A stretch of 64,000 nt of DNA from a virus (IMGVR_UViG_3300046499_000850); one strand, 5' to 3'; shown: positions 9,415 through 19,071, counted from the stretch's first letter. Program-made: numbers and translations. Notes: generated by a model not told the origin, from the sequence alone.

Positions 9415-10515
9415 ATGCAAAACGTAGCACCTGCTGTACTTGGTAAGAATCCCCGCTTGGGTGTGATGATCGGTCGTTTCTCGTTCATCCACCGTCAACA
9501 CGAGCGTACCCTGCAAATCATGGCTGCCGAGAATGATTACATCCTCGTCATCATCGGTTCAGCGAATCGCTGCGAGTCCAAGAAAAACCCGCACCAGTTC
9601 GCGATCCGGGCCATGATCATGGCCGAAGTGCTTCGACGGATCAAACCGGATGGGCAGTGGCGGATCATGTCTGTCAACGATACCCTTTACAACGAGGACC
9701 GTTGGAAGATGCGGGTGTACGCGAATGGCGAGCACTACGCGGACCGGCATGGCATCCATCCTGACCGCATCACGTTGTACGGTACGGACAAGGATGAATC
9801 GACCTACTACATGAATTCGTTCCCGCAATGGAACGTCAAGAAAGTGGAGAAGGTCGAAGACATCGATGCCACCAGGTTGCGGGAAGTGTGGTTCCAGAAC
9901 TGCCAGACGGCGCCTGCCGGCCTGGGTCTCCAAGACCATCTGGTCCCGGAGATGTACCGCTATCTGCGTGATGGTCACAAGTTCAACAAACCGTTGCAGG
10001 ATGACTGGCATTATCTCACGGTCAAGGAACCGGAAAAGTTCAAGGACTATCCGTATCCCGAAGCTCTGAACGTGATGTGCGGTGACGCCATCGTGGAATG
10101 CGCGAACCACATCCTGACCGTGACCCGGTCGGGTGAACTCGGTTACGGGCAAATCGCTCTGCCGGGCGGTCACAAAAACAAAAACGAAACGGCGTTCAAC
10201 GCGGCGATTCGTGAACTGTTCGAAGAGACCAACTTGCGCACACCAGAGCAGACCATCCGTAATTGCGTGCAAAACACGTTCCTGTTCGACCATCCTGGTC
10301 GGACGCTGAGCTCGGTTCCCAAATCGACGCTCGGCGTGCACATCAAGATCGAGCTGTGGAAAGGGGAATTCCCGCGCGCCCGTGGCGGTGACGATGCCAA
10401 GCATCCGACGCTGCCGAATGGCGGTATCCGCTGGATTCCCAAGTATGACATCATCAGCGGCAAGGTCCAGATGTGGGATGACCACAACGACATCGTGGAT
10501 TATTTCACGGCGTAA
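9415..10515 (+). CDS. nadM: bifunctional NMN adenylyltransferase / Nudix ADP-ribose pyrophosphatase (NadM-like)
   Basis: GRFSFIHRQH nucleotidyltransferase motif near N-terminus; Nudix box GGHKNKNETAFNAAIRELFEETNL in C-terminal half. Confidence 0.8.
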   Translation: MQNVAPAVLGKNPRLGVMIGRFSFIHRQHERTLQIMAAENDYILVIIGSANRCESKKNPHQFAIRAMIMAEVLRRIKPDGQWRIMSVNDTLYNEDRWKMRVYANGEHYADRHGIHPDRITLYGTDKDESTYYMNSFPQWNVKKVEKVEDIDATRLREVWFQNCQTAPAGLGLQDHLVPEMYRYLRDGHKFNKPLQDDWHYLTVKEPEKFKDYPYPEALNVMCGDAIVECANHILTVTRSGELGYGQIALPGGHKNKNETAFNAAIRELFEETNLRTPEQTIRNCVQNTFLFDHPGRTLSSVPKSTLGVHIKIELWKGEFPRARGGDDAKHPTLPNGGIRWIPKYDIISGKVQMWDDHNDIVDYFTA

Positions 10516-10583
10516 AGAATAGTGGCAGAAGCCATGAGGGTGGCCGGTCCCTTACCGGTGCAGTAAATAATTGGGAGCCAATT

Positions 10584-12134
10584 ATGTTAGAACTGATTAA
10601 ACCCTTCAACATCATCCTTTGGGCAGACACCTACAAATTCTCGCACTGGGAAGAAATTCCGTTTGCGGTGAAGCAGTTGGTGTCAGCTGTGGTTCCGCGC
10701 AAAGCCATCACTTTCGAGGATGGTACGTTCATGACGGACGACCTGGTGGCCGCTGGACAAACGTTCATCGCCCACGTGTTCGCCACGGCGCGTCTCGAAC
10801 AATGGATGATCGACGAAGCGGAAGTCGAAATTACCGAGCAGGGCTACACCTTCAATCGCGCTGGTTGGGAATACATCCTCCGTACCTACGGTGGCCGGAT
10901 TCCGCTGACCATGTTCGGGGTTGAAGAAGGTCGTGTGGTTAAACCCCAAACACCGATTCTGCTGGTGACCAACGAAGACGACGACCACACCGCATGGTTG
11001 GTTCCGTACTTCGAGCCGGTGATCCAGTCGGTGTCCTGGTCGATGACTTACACGGCCACCATCTGCCGTTACATGTTCACCGTGATGGCGTACTACGTAC
11101 TGCTGTCCGGCGGTGACATCAAACTGCTGGAATATCTGATCCACAACTTCGGTGACCGTGGTGCGGATAGTCCGGATGAAACCCCCGTCCTCAAAGGCAT
11201 TGCTCACGCGATGCTGTTCCTGGGCAGTGACTGCGGGCGTGCCAACGGCTACATCAAGAAGCTGTACAACACGTCCAAACCCTTCACCTCGTCGGTGGAG
11301 GCCACGGAACACACGACGGTCTGCCTGAACTCGGACGCGGCAACGCGTGACGACTTCGGCGGCATGCAGATGGTGATGCGGCGCCTCAAAGCTGTGGTCG
11401 AACGCAGCAAGCGCGGCATCGGTATCCCCATCATCTCGACTGTGCCGGATACCTACGATGACGAACGGTTCATCACGGTGTACGTCGCTGGCTTCAAGGT
11501 GGAAATCGAAAACTCGGGTGGCCGCTTGGTCATCCGTCCGGATTCGGGTATCCCCGCGAAGAAGTTGCCACAAGTGCTCAACTGGCTGAAGGACATCTTC
11601 GGCACGGTTGCGAACGAACTCGGTTACCAGAACCTGCCATGGTGCATCGGCGCGTTGTATGGTGACGGCATGAACGTTCACACTTTCGAACCTGTCGTGC
11701 GGGCAGCGGTGGTGGATCACAAATTCACTACCAACAACTTCCTGCTCGGCATGGGTGCCGGCATCACCAACGAAGGTTCCCGTGACAAGGCAAGCTTCAG
11801 CATGAAAACCATTGCCATGCGTGGCGAAACGTGGAAACGTGTGCTGAAGGAGCCCAAGTCGGACCTGGGTAAGAAGTCGCTGTCGGGTCTGATCCGCAAT
11901 CGTGAAAACGAAAACGGTGAACTCGAAACCTTCGATGCACTGGTATCGAACAGCCTCTACGAGATGTTCGTGCCGGGACCTGGTCATCGTCGTTGGCTCG
12001 ATAAGGGTTACCGCGATTACCGTCAGTCGTTCGATGACGTCCGTGCTTGGGCACAAAAGGGCGCTATCGATAAAGCAACCGCTCGCCTCGCTGCCGAAAA
12101 AGTGGCGCACGATGCAGAAGCTGTAGTAGCGTAA
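10584..12134 (+). CDS. nadV: nicotinamide phosphoribosyltransferase (NAMPT/NadV)
   Basis: N-terminus NIILWADTYKFSHW typical of NAMPT; about 500 aa. Confidence 0.8.
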   Translation: MLELIKPFNIILWADTYKFSHWEEIPFAVKQLVSAVVPRKAITFEDGTFMTDDLVAAGQTFIAHVFATARLEQWMIDEAEVEITEQGYTFNRAGWEYILRTYGGRIPLTMFGVEEGRVVKPQTPILLVTNEDDDHTAWLVPYFEPVIQSVSWSMTYTATICRYMFTVMAYYVLLSGGDIKLLEYLIHNFGDRGADSPDETPVLKGIAHAMLFLGSDCGRANGYIKKLYNTSKPFTSSVEATEHTTVCLNSDAATRDDFGGMQMVMRRLKAVVERSKRGIGIPIISTVPDTYDDERFITVYVAGFKVEIENSGGRLVIRPDSGIPAKKLPQVLNWLKDIFGTVANELGYQNLPWCIGALYGDGMNVHTFEPVVRAAVVDHKFTTNNFLLGMGAGITNEGSRDKASFSMKTIAMRGETWKRVLKEPKSDLGKKSLSGLIRNRENENGELETFDALVSNSLYEMFVPGPGHRRWLDKGYRDYRQSFDDVRAWAQKGAIDKATARLAAEKVAHDAEAVVA

Positions 12135-12181
12135 TACATGAAGCCCTGGCCCCACAAGGGTCAGGGTCTTTATGCCACCAT

Positions 12182-12193
12182 TATAATCAACAA
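12182..12193 (+). promoter_or_regulatory. TATAATCAACAA promoter-like motif upstream of lipoprotein gene
   Basis: ttataatcaacaaggaaagcttc-ATG. Confidence 0.5.
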
Positions 12194-12203
12194 GGAAAGC
12201 TTC

Positions 12204-12926
12204 ATGAAAAAGTTCATTACCATCGTGTCCCTGATTGCGCTGACCGCATGCAGCGACCACAACCAACCCTATCCGCAACAATACCAGCAACCGCCGGTCG
12301 TCGTCCAACAGACCCCTGCCCAAGCCCCGGTCGTCGTGCAGCAATCCGACAACAGCGGCTCCGCCATGGTGGCTGGTGCCGCCCTCGGCGCCGTCGCTGC
12401 AATGGCCCTGTCCGACCGTGACCGCGGCTACGCCCAACCCGGCTATGCCCCCCAGCAAACCACCGCCGTCCAGCAAAACGTGACACACGTGACCAACGTC
12501 ACCAATATCGACCGCAGCAAAACCGTCAACAACAACGGCTCGACGAAAGACGTGCCGCCGGCAGCTACCGCCGCTGTTCCGACTCCGACCCCGGTCCCGC
12601 TGTCGCCAGCCCCGGCTGCTGTGAGCCTAGCCAAAGACGTGCCGACTGCGAAACCGAACTACGCTGCTGCGGGTACCGCCTCGCCCGTGCCGAGCATGAC
12701 TCCGGCTGCGCTGACGGCTGCCAAACCCCTGACCCTGCCGGCTGCCACGGGTTCGACCCAGAACTACAAGCCGGCGAACTATGCACAGGTCGCATACAAG
12801 CAGCCCGCTGCCCTGCCCGCGCCACCGAAGCCGTTGGCGCTGCCTGCGCCGAAACCGGCCGCACCGAGCTACAAAGCGCCGGCCGCAATCAGCTACAGTT
12901 ACAAAGCGCCCTCGGGTAAGAAATAA
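12204..12926 (+). CDS. Pro/Ala/Gln-rich lipoprotein (lipobox LTAC)
   Basis: MKKFITIVSLIALTAC signal/lipobox; low-complexity proline-rich body. Confidence 0.55.
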   Translation: MKKFITIVSLIALTACSDHNQPYPQQYQQPPVVVQQTPAQAPVVVQQSDNSGSAMVAGAALGAVAAMALSDRDRGYAQPGYAPQQTTAVQQNVTHVTNVTNIDRSKTVNNNGSTKDVPPAATAAVPTPTPVPLSPAPAAVSLAKDVPTAKPNYAAAGTASPVPSMTPAALTAAKPLTLPAATGSTQNYKPANYAQVAYKQPAALPAPPKPLALPAPKPAAPSYKAPAAISYSYKAPSGKK

Positions 12927-12999
12927 AAACTTTTATCGTGAAGCATATACCTTGACTCCATATGGGGTCAAGGGCATGCGCTTTACAAGGAGAATAGTG

Positions 13000-13251
13000 A
13001 TGGGTCTTTTAGGTTACCATTTTAACTTTGATCGTGAGTTCGATTTCGCTGGTCGTCGGCGCCATGAAATGGAGCGTTTGAACTTTGAACGCTGCCGTCT
13101 CGCAGAGCAACAACGTTTGCAAGAGCAAGCGGAAACCAAACGCCAACGGGCTGCAGTGCAAACCAAAAGCCATAAGGCCCGTTCCATCCCCACCCAGAAA
13201 GTGAAAGAAGTACCGACGTTTCTCAAGAATTTCGTCAACAAAAATCAATAA
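13000..13251 (+). CDS. hypothetical basic protein (83 aa)
   Basis: strong RBS aaggagaatagtg-ATG. Confidence 0.4.
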   Translation: MGLLGYHFNFDREFDFAGRRRHEMERLNFERCRLAEQQRLQEQAETKRQRAAVQTKSHKARSIPTQKVKEVPTFLKNFVNKNQ

Positions 13252-13278
13252 GACTTATCTGAATAGAGGAGTTGTAGA

Positions 13279-13713
13279 ATGTTGCGTTTGAAATGGTCGC
13301 TCGTCCAAGCCCTGTGGTCCACCGTAGTCTGGAACATTATCATCGTCGTGCTGCTCTGCGTCGTTGACCCCAGAAACACTTATGGCGCCATTCTGGCAGT
13401 CGCGTTCGCTATCGGGCTGCCGTTGCCATTCCTGTACCGTTGGCACCAGTTTTACCGGATGTACGCCATCCACCGGCTGTTCTGTAAAGAGTTCAAAGCC
13501 GAGATCAATATCGGCCACAAGCAAGCCTTCAGGGACCGCTACGCCGATAGCAAGTGGCCGGCCTTCCACCTGTTACTCGACAACGATCTTGTCGTGGCGT
13601 CGAACAACTACAGCGATTTGTCATCTTACGAAAATATCCTGGCAGAACACTTCAATTACAGGAAGTATTTCGGACTTATCGCCGAATGCAAAATTGCTGC
13701 GCTGCAGGCGTAA
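13279..13713 (+). CDS. hypothetical membrane protein (144 aa)
   Basis: RBS agaggagttgtag; two N-terminal TM helices. Confidence 0.5.
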   Translation: MLRLKWSLVQALWSTVVWNIIIVVLLCVVDPRNTYGAILAVAFAIGLPLPFLYRWHQFYRMYAIHRLFCKEFKAEINIGHKQAFRDRYADSKWPAFHLLLDNDLVVASNNYSDLSSYENILAEHFNYRKYFGLIAECKIAALQA

Positions 13714-13768
13714 TTAATTTTCATTCACCTTCAGTATTAATGGGAGGTCAACACCTAGACCTTCCGAC

Positions 13769-13781
13769 TAATTAACAACAA
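13769..13781 (+). promoter_or_regulatory. variant promoter-like motif taattaacaacaa
   Basis: upstream of 13793..14386. Confidence 0.35.
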
Positions 13782-13792
13782 AGGAAACCAGC

Positions 13793-14386
13793 ATGAACAA
13801 GACTCTCTCCAGCAACGTCGACATCACCCTAGGTAATTTCGGGTTTGACACCCGTGAAATGGAACTGGTGCACCGCCAGTTCGCCGGCACGCGTAGCAAG
13901 CTCATCTGCAACCTGGATGAACTGCTGCGTTCCTGGGCCATGGCCGGCAGTAGCAATCCGAGCCTGTCCTTCGACTACTACCTGGTCGCCCGCACCCGCG
14001 ACGGGAAGGCGCTGCGCCGCAACCAGCTCTACCGTTCCGACCACGCCCAGGTAACCTTCATGTACATGTCGGAACCCATCGAGATGTCCCGTGAAAACCG
14101 GATTGTGCTGAACAACCCGGCAGACATCATCAAGGTCTACGACTACGGCTTCTCGGTAGGCAAAAACGTCGCTCCGCGCGAAACTGTCGCGTCGTACTTC
14201 TCGCTGCGCGAATTCGTCGCACAAGTGGCTCGCGAAGCTGTGTACGCCGAAGTCGAAGGCCAGACCCTCAGCATGTACTTCAAGGACGGTGAAAGCCATT
14301 ACCTGGCTCAGCCGACCATGGACTACTTCCCCAACATGAACGAGTTCGCGCAATCCCTGAACCAGCAGGAAGCCGTTACCCAGTAA
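13793..14386 (+). CDS. hypothetical protein (197 aa)
   Basis: RBS caaaggaaaccagc-ATG. Confidence 0.55.
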   Translation: MNKTLSSNVDITLGNFGFDTREMELVHRQFAGTRSKLICNLDELLRSWAMAGSSNPSLSFDYYLVARTRDGKALRRNQLYRSDHAQVTFMYMSEPIEMSRENRIVLNNPADIIKVYDYGFSVGKNVAPRETVASYFSLREFVAQVAREAVYAEVEGQTLSMYFKDGESHYLAQPTMDYFPNMNEFAQSLNQQEAVTQ

Positions 14387-14442
14387 TCCACCATGCTCTC
14401 CACGCTTGCGGGCGTGGAGGGTCGTATGACTTACAAAAGAAC

Positions 14443-14577
14443 ATGTCAACAGCATTTGAAAACGGTTTTGACGCCTACGCGCGTCGTGAAGAACTTGACC
14501 CTTCGCAATCGCAAGAATGGCAAAACGGCTGGCACCACGCCGCCGCGATCGAAGAAGAAATATTATCCACGGGATAA
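14443..14577 (+). CDS. possible small ORF (44 aa, MSTAFENGFDAYARREELDPSQSQEWQNGWHHAAAIEEEILSTG)
   Basis: below ORF-track cutoff; fills gap; protein-like composition. Confidence 0.25.
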   Translation: MSTAFENGFDAYARREELDPSQSQEWQNGWHHAAAIEEEILSTG

Positions 14578-14580
14578 ATA

Positions 14581-15276
14581 ATGAACAACATAACAGCACA
14601 GTACAGCCTCCGTGACCGCATTTTTATGGAGCAGATGGCTCGTGAAGCAGCGGCCAGGCATCGCACTCCCGAACCCATCGGCGATCCCCATCCGAAAGGT
14701 GTGATCGTACAAGGTGACGAGTTCATGACGGAAAAAATCAGCGATCCTGATTATGTGCCGTATTGCGGACCCTGTGTTCCGATGCAGCGTGTCCGGCGCG
14801 TGTCGGATGGGTTTGAATGCCCGACCTGCTGCAATAAGTCGAACTGGGATCTGACGAAGTTCAACCACAACGTCGACGTCCAGTTCACGCCGGAACATGC
14901 GGAGGCCGGTGAGAAAGCCAAAGCCGAGTTACAGCAAAATGGTCCAGCCACGTCCATCATTGAAAGACCAAGAGATTTGGAATCCGAACATTTGGGTGAC
15001 AATCTGATCGAAAATGCCAAAGCTCATGCGGCAGAAGCGGCAGTTGATGAACTCATCCGGATCTCGGACCGTCACGATTGGAAAGAAGACCGTGGTAAGA
15101 AAGGCACCACATTGCATCCGTGCGGTAAGTGCATGCAACCCTTCTTCGGGAAACGTAGCCGTAAGTACTGTGTGCTGTGCCAGGAAAAGATCACCCGGCA
15201 CGTCAACCAGGTGACTCGTGAACAGCACAACAAACCTTTCTACGAAGCGAATCGCCGTGACCGCCGCCACGGATAG
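14581..15276 (+). CDS. Cys-rich protein with multiple CxxC pairs (zinc-ribbon-like)
   Basis: CGPC...CPTCC and CGKC...CVLC motifs. Confidence 0.55.
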   Translation: MNNITAQYSLRDRIFMEQMAREAAARHRTPEPIGDPHPKGVIVQGDEFMTEKISDPDYVPYCGPCVPMQRVRRVSDGFECPTCCNKSNWDLTKFNHNVDVQFTPEHAEAGEKAKAELQQNGPATSIIERPRDLESEHLGDNLIENAKAHAAEAAVDELIRISDRHDWKEDRGKKGTTLHPCGKCMQPFFGKRSRKYCVLCQEKITRHVNQVTREQHNKPFYEANRRDRRHG

Positions 15277-15442
15277 CTGTATGAACGAAGAACAAGCCAA
15301 CGAAGTATTAAGAGTGCTTGCTGAACATTGTTTGACCCGGATGGAATTCCTTTACGGACAACATCACGTGAGGGCGTCCGAAGTGGTCAAAGAAGCATTG
15401 ATCGTGAGTCGTGCGGCAAAGGACGCTAAACGAAAGGAATGA

Positions 15443-16336
15443 ATGAACGTGGACTCTGCTAAAGAACGTGGTGTGTACTTTATCGCTGACGTAGACTCTG
15501 GCAAAGTCTACGTTGGTAGTACTGAAAATAAACGAAGGCGTCTCCGTGATCATGAGCGAATGTTGGAAAATAATAAACATCATAATCCACCATTACAAAA
15601 CGCTTACAACAAAGGGCACGCTTTCGAAACAACATTTCTTCCTTTAGAATCGCATGTCGACATTCGGAAAGTAGAAGGTGTTTTTCTTGACCATTTAAAG
15701 GACGAGAAAGTACTCCTAAACGTTTCAATGGACCCGATCGCACCAATGGCTGGGAGAAAACAAACTCCTGAGCAAATTGAAGCAGCGCGACAGCGGATGA
15801 TGGGAAATACTTATACTCTCGGTCATAAACAAACTGATGAGCATAAACAGAACGCCGTAGCGGGTCGGGCAGGTTATCGTCATTCGGAAGAAACGATAGC
15901 CAAGATTAGCGAGTCCAATAAGGGGAAACAAACCGACAAGGTTATTTCTCCTGAAAATTTGGAGAAGCTAAGGCAAGCCAATCTGGGGCATACGCGAAGT
16001 TATGGTCGTACTCATTCGGATGAAACGAAAGAAAAACTTCGAATATTGAGTACAGGAAGAACCCATTCGGTTTCGGAAGAAGCTAGGGAAGTTATGCGTC
16101 AAGCAAAACTCGGGAAACCTCTTTCTGAAGAACATCGTCAAAAACTTAGCGTTGCAGGAATGGGTCGAGTAGATTCACCGGAAACACGTGCTAAGAAATC
16201 GCTTGCTAACGCAGATCGTGCAAAACCTGTTGTAATTGAAGGCGTCGAATACGGTAGCCGGAACGCAGCAGCAAAGGCGTTAGGTGTTACCCTTACTACG
16301 ATTACCAACCGGATTAATTCGGGACTTTACAAGTGA
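15443..16336 (+). CDS. free-standing GIY-YIG homing endonuclease with NUMOD3 repeats and C-terminal HTH
   Basis: GVYFIADVDSGKVYVGSTENKRRRLRDH (GIY...YVG...R), repeated SEETIAKIS/SDETKEKL/SEEHRQKLS NUMOD3-like units, lower GC than flanks. Confidence 0.85.
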   Translation: MNVDSAKERGVYFIADVDSGKVYVGSTENKRRRLRDHERMLENNKHHNPPLQNAYNKGHAFETTFLPLESHVDIRKVEGVFLDHLKDEKVLLNVSMDPIAPMAGRKQTPEQIEAARQRMMGNTYTLGHKQTDEHKQNAVAGRAGYRHSEETIAKISESNKGKQTDKVISPENLEKLRQANLGHTRSYGRTHSDETKEKLRILSTGRTHSVSEEAREVMRQAKLGKPLSEEHRQKLSVAGMGRVDSPETRAKKSLANADRAKPVVIEGVEYGSRNAAAKALGVTLTTITNRINSGLYK

Positions 16337-16343
16337 GATTAGA

Positions 16344-17249
16344 ATGGCGACTTACTTTATTTGGACAGTCCAGATATACCGTGCCGGTAATTTGAAGGAA
16401 CAGGGAATTCACTTACTTAACACTACGGCAAAAGACGGAGTCAGGGCGTTCGCGCCCTCCTTCAATGACGTGATGCTGTACAAGGAGGGTAAACTCTCCC
16501 AAACCCAGTACACGGACATTTACCTGCACCGCATGAAAGATTCGCGGGAGAAGAACCCCGCAGATTGGAAACGACTGCAAGAGCATGAGAAAGTGGCAGT
16601 GGCATGTTACTGTAGTCCTGGTAAGTTCTGTCACCGTCATTTGTTTATCCACGACATGAAGGCGGACCTAGAAGCCCGTGGTCATGAAGTGAAACTCATG
16701 GGAGAACTCAATGGACCTGATTACAGCCCGGTGGCTCCGAAAGCGGTAGTTTCGATTCCACGGGACGTGGTCATCGTTCCGTTTTATAGTAAACATGATT
16801 TGTTGTCGAATCATCACCCTAGTGGTTTTACCATCAAGGGTGTGACATTCGCGCACGTTGAGCAATTCATGATGTACTGTAAGGCGATGCTGTTTAACGA
16901 TAAACTGCAAGCAGGGCGGATTCTGGCTGAATCCAATCCCCAAGGGTGTAAAATTCTCGGGCGCGGGGTTCGTCCTTATGACGAGAAGTTGTGGGCTGCC
17001 AAACGGCGTCGGTATGTGTATTTCGCGTGTTTACAGAAAGCGCGCGAACACAAAGAGGTGCGTGAATATTTGCTGTCGACTGGCAATGCGATTTTAGTCG
17101 AAGCCAGCGCCAAGGATGTGATCTGGGGGGTGGGGATTGCCAAAGACGATCCACGCATCTACGACATGGCCCAATGGCGCGGGATGAATTTGTTGGGCGA
17201 GATCTGGATGGAAGTGCGTCGGGTCTTACAAGAAGATGTTCTATTCTAA
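16344..17249 (+). CDS. DUF4326-like N-domain fused to NADAR (YbiA-like) domain protein
   Basis: CYCSPGKFCHRHL motif N-terminal; NADAR-like FYSKHDLLSNHHP...EQFMMYCKAMLF...LLSTGNAILVEASAKDVIWGVG. Confidence 0.7.
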   Translation: MATYFIWTVQIYRAGNLKEQGIHLLNTTAKDGVRAFAPSFNDVMLYKEGKLSQTQYTDIYLHRMKDSREKNPADWKRLQEHEKVAVACYCSPGKFCHRHLFIHDMKADLEARGHEVKLMGELNGPDYSPVAPKAVVSIPRDVVIVPFYSKHDLLSNHHPSGFTIKGVTFAHVEQFMMYCKAMLFNDKLQAGRILAESNPQGCKILGRGVRPYDEKLWAAKRRRYVYFACLQKAREHKEVREYLLSTGNAILVEASAKDVIWGVGIAKDDPRIYDMAQWRGMNLLGEIWMEVRRVLQEDVLF

Positions 17250-17271
17250 TTCTAATAACTAGGGAGCGCAT

Positions 17272-17922
17272 GTGTTTTACCGTGCATTCAAGCATCACCT
17301 GCAAAACCGTTTTAAAGATCAGTATTCAATCGCTAACTTGACCATTAGCGCGTTGTTTTCGAATGTGATCGCAATGGCGAGCCAGCCTTTGTTTTTTGCG
17401 ATCACAGATCGGTATTTGGTCAACTACGATAACCTTCCTTGGATGCTGGGCGGGTATCTGATGTTGATGGTCACCACGCCAGGCATCCTCGGGTTGCTGA
17501 AAGCGTTATTCTACTGCTTGAAGTTCTATGGCAACTTCGAAGTCATTGACATGGCGTTTGGTTATCGCGCTTTTCGCTTGAACCGCGAACAGCAAGAGTA
17601 TCTCGGGTTGTATTACGAACGCCGCCAGAAAAAAGAAGAACGCATCATCGCGGTCGCAAATCTTCACAGGGACGGCACAATCTGGGCTGTCATGAATCCG
17701 GGCCGCCACCACCATTGTCACTGGTTCATACACGAGAACGGCGGTAGTGACCGCACCCTCCAGGAGATGGGATTCTTGACCAACCGCTATCGGTTCATTG
17801 GCCGCGAAGAAGCACGCGACATGGCGATGGTAAACGGCCAAGTGCCGAACCCCGATCACAGCCGCGATCTGTTCTCCGAAGATCTGTGGGATACCCCGAA
17901 ACACTTGCAATACAAAGGTTGA
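17272..17922 (+). CDS. hypothetical protein (216 aa), GTG start
   Basis: RBS agggag 8 nt upstream of GTG. Confidence 0.45.
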   Translation: MFYRAFKHHLQNRFKDQYSIANLTISALFSNVIAMASQPLFFAITDRYLVNYDNLPWMLGGYLMLMVTTPGILGLLKALFYCLKFYGNFEVIDMAFGYRAFRLNREQQEYLGLYYERRQKKEERIIAVANLHRDGTIWAVMNPGRHHHCHWFIHENGGSDRTLQEMGFLTNRYRFIGREEARDMAMVNGQVPNPDHSRDLFSEDLWDTPKHLQYKG

Positions 17923-17926
17923 AAAG

Positions 17927-18574
17927 ATGAACCAGCAACAACGTGCAGCACGCTTTGGTTTTAATACTCACGGTAACGTGATTCCGGTTCCGAACCCTAG
18001 CGGTCGCAATATCACCCTGATTGCAGCGATGGATGTCAAAAACGGTATCGGCAAGAACGGTGTGATGCCGTGGGCTGTTAGCCCCGATATGAAACAGTTT
18101 AAGCGTTTGACCACTGGTCATGCGGTGATCATGGGTCGTAAGACATTCGAATCGCTCGGTTGCAAACCGTTACCTGACCGTTTGAACATTGTCATCTCGC
18201 GTGATGGCGCCTACATCGAAAAGTTCCACGAGCTGCCCAACTTGAAGTTTGGTATGACTCTGGTTGGCGCGGTCCAGTACGCGGAAGATTATTACCGCAA
18301 CCAAGACTTCATCACGCATGGCGACGTCAACCGTCTGCCGGAACTGCCGATCCAGATCTTTATCATCGGTGGTGGTGAGATCTACAAGCAAGCGTTGCAG
18401 GACAACTATGTCAACGACATGATCTTGACCCGTTTCAACCATGATGCCCAATGCGACACGTTCTTTCCAGAACTGCAGGAACGTTTCTGGTTGGGACATT
18501 CGTATAGTTCCCATTTCTTAAGCGGCGGTATCAAGATGCGCTACGAATACTGGTGTCGTAAACAACTAGAATAG
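17927..18574 (+). CDS. folA: dihydrofolate reductase (extended, 215 aa)
   Basis: ITLIAAMDVKNGIGKNGVMPW...MGRKTFESLG...NIVISRD; GGGEIY. Confidence 0.85.
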   Translation: MNQQQRAARFGFNTHGNVIPVPNPSGRNITLIAAMDVKNGIGKNGVMPWAVSPDMKQFKRLTTGHAVIMGRKTFESLGCKPLPDRLNIVISRDGAYIEKFHELPNLKFGMTLVGAVQYAEDYYRNQDFITHGDVNRLPELPIQIFIIGGGEIYKQALQDNYVNDMILTRFNHDAQCDTFFPELQERFWLGHSYSSHFLSGGIKMRYEYWCRKQLE

Positions 18575-18585
18575 AAAGGAGTACC

Positions 18586-19071
18586 ATGTCCATCTCTCGC
18601 TTTGGATTACCTGTCACTGCTCCTGGTCGTAAACGTGGTCGACTGAACAAGAGCAAAGGCACGTTGGCGTACTCGCGTGTGGTGGGACTGCCGTTTGATC
18701 TGGCAACCATCTACGCGGCGGCACAAAACTTTCGCATCGATTTGGCGAAAGGGATTCACCCCAGTACCTCGGTGTGGCCATTGGTTCAGGACAGTTACTT
18801 GCGTGAAGCGCTGGAACTCATGCAAGAACAAGGCTGTAATCTTTATCCGGGCGATAACGATGAACCATGGATTCATGTGCGTACCGTGGGAATTGTCCCG
18901 ATACCTTCGCCGCGGGCGCAGACGCTGTCGAGTATTTTCGATCAGCTGTTTGAACGGGACAACACCAATCTGTTCAAAAGCGAGTACTTCCCCCGTCCTG
19001 AAGCCGTCAACAGTGACGAGAAGATCGCGCAGCTGAAAGTAAAGATTAACCACAAATTCGTGTACCACTAA
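18586..19071 (+). CDS. hypothetical protein (161 aa)
   Basis: RBS gaaaggagtacc-ATG. Confidence 0.55.
   Translation: MSISRFGLPVTAPGRKRGRLNKSKGTLAYSRVVGLPFDLATIYAAAQNFRIDLAKGIHPSTSVWPLVQDSYLREALELMQEQGCNLYPGDNDEPWIHVRTVGIVPIPSPRAQTLSSIFDQLFERDNTNLFKSEYFPRPEAVNSDEKIAQLKVKINHKFVYH

Noticed and set aside
10683-12488. 601-aa minus-strand ORF
   Set aside because: It is antisense to the well-supported NAMPT gene in a GC-rich region. Its composition is Gly/Arg/Asp/His-rich as is typical of GC antisense frames, and there is no RBS.
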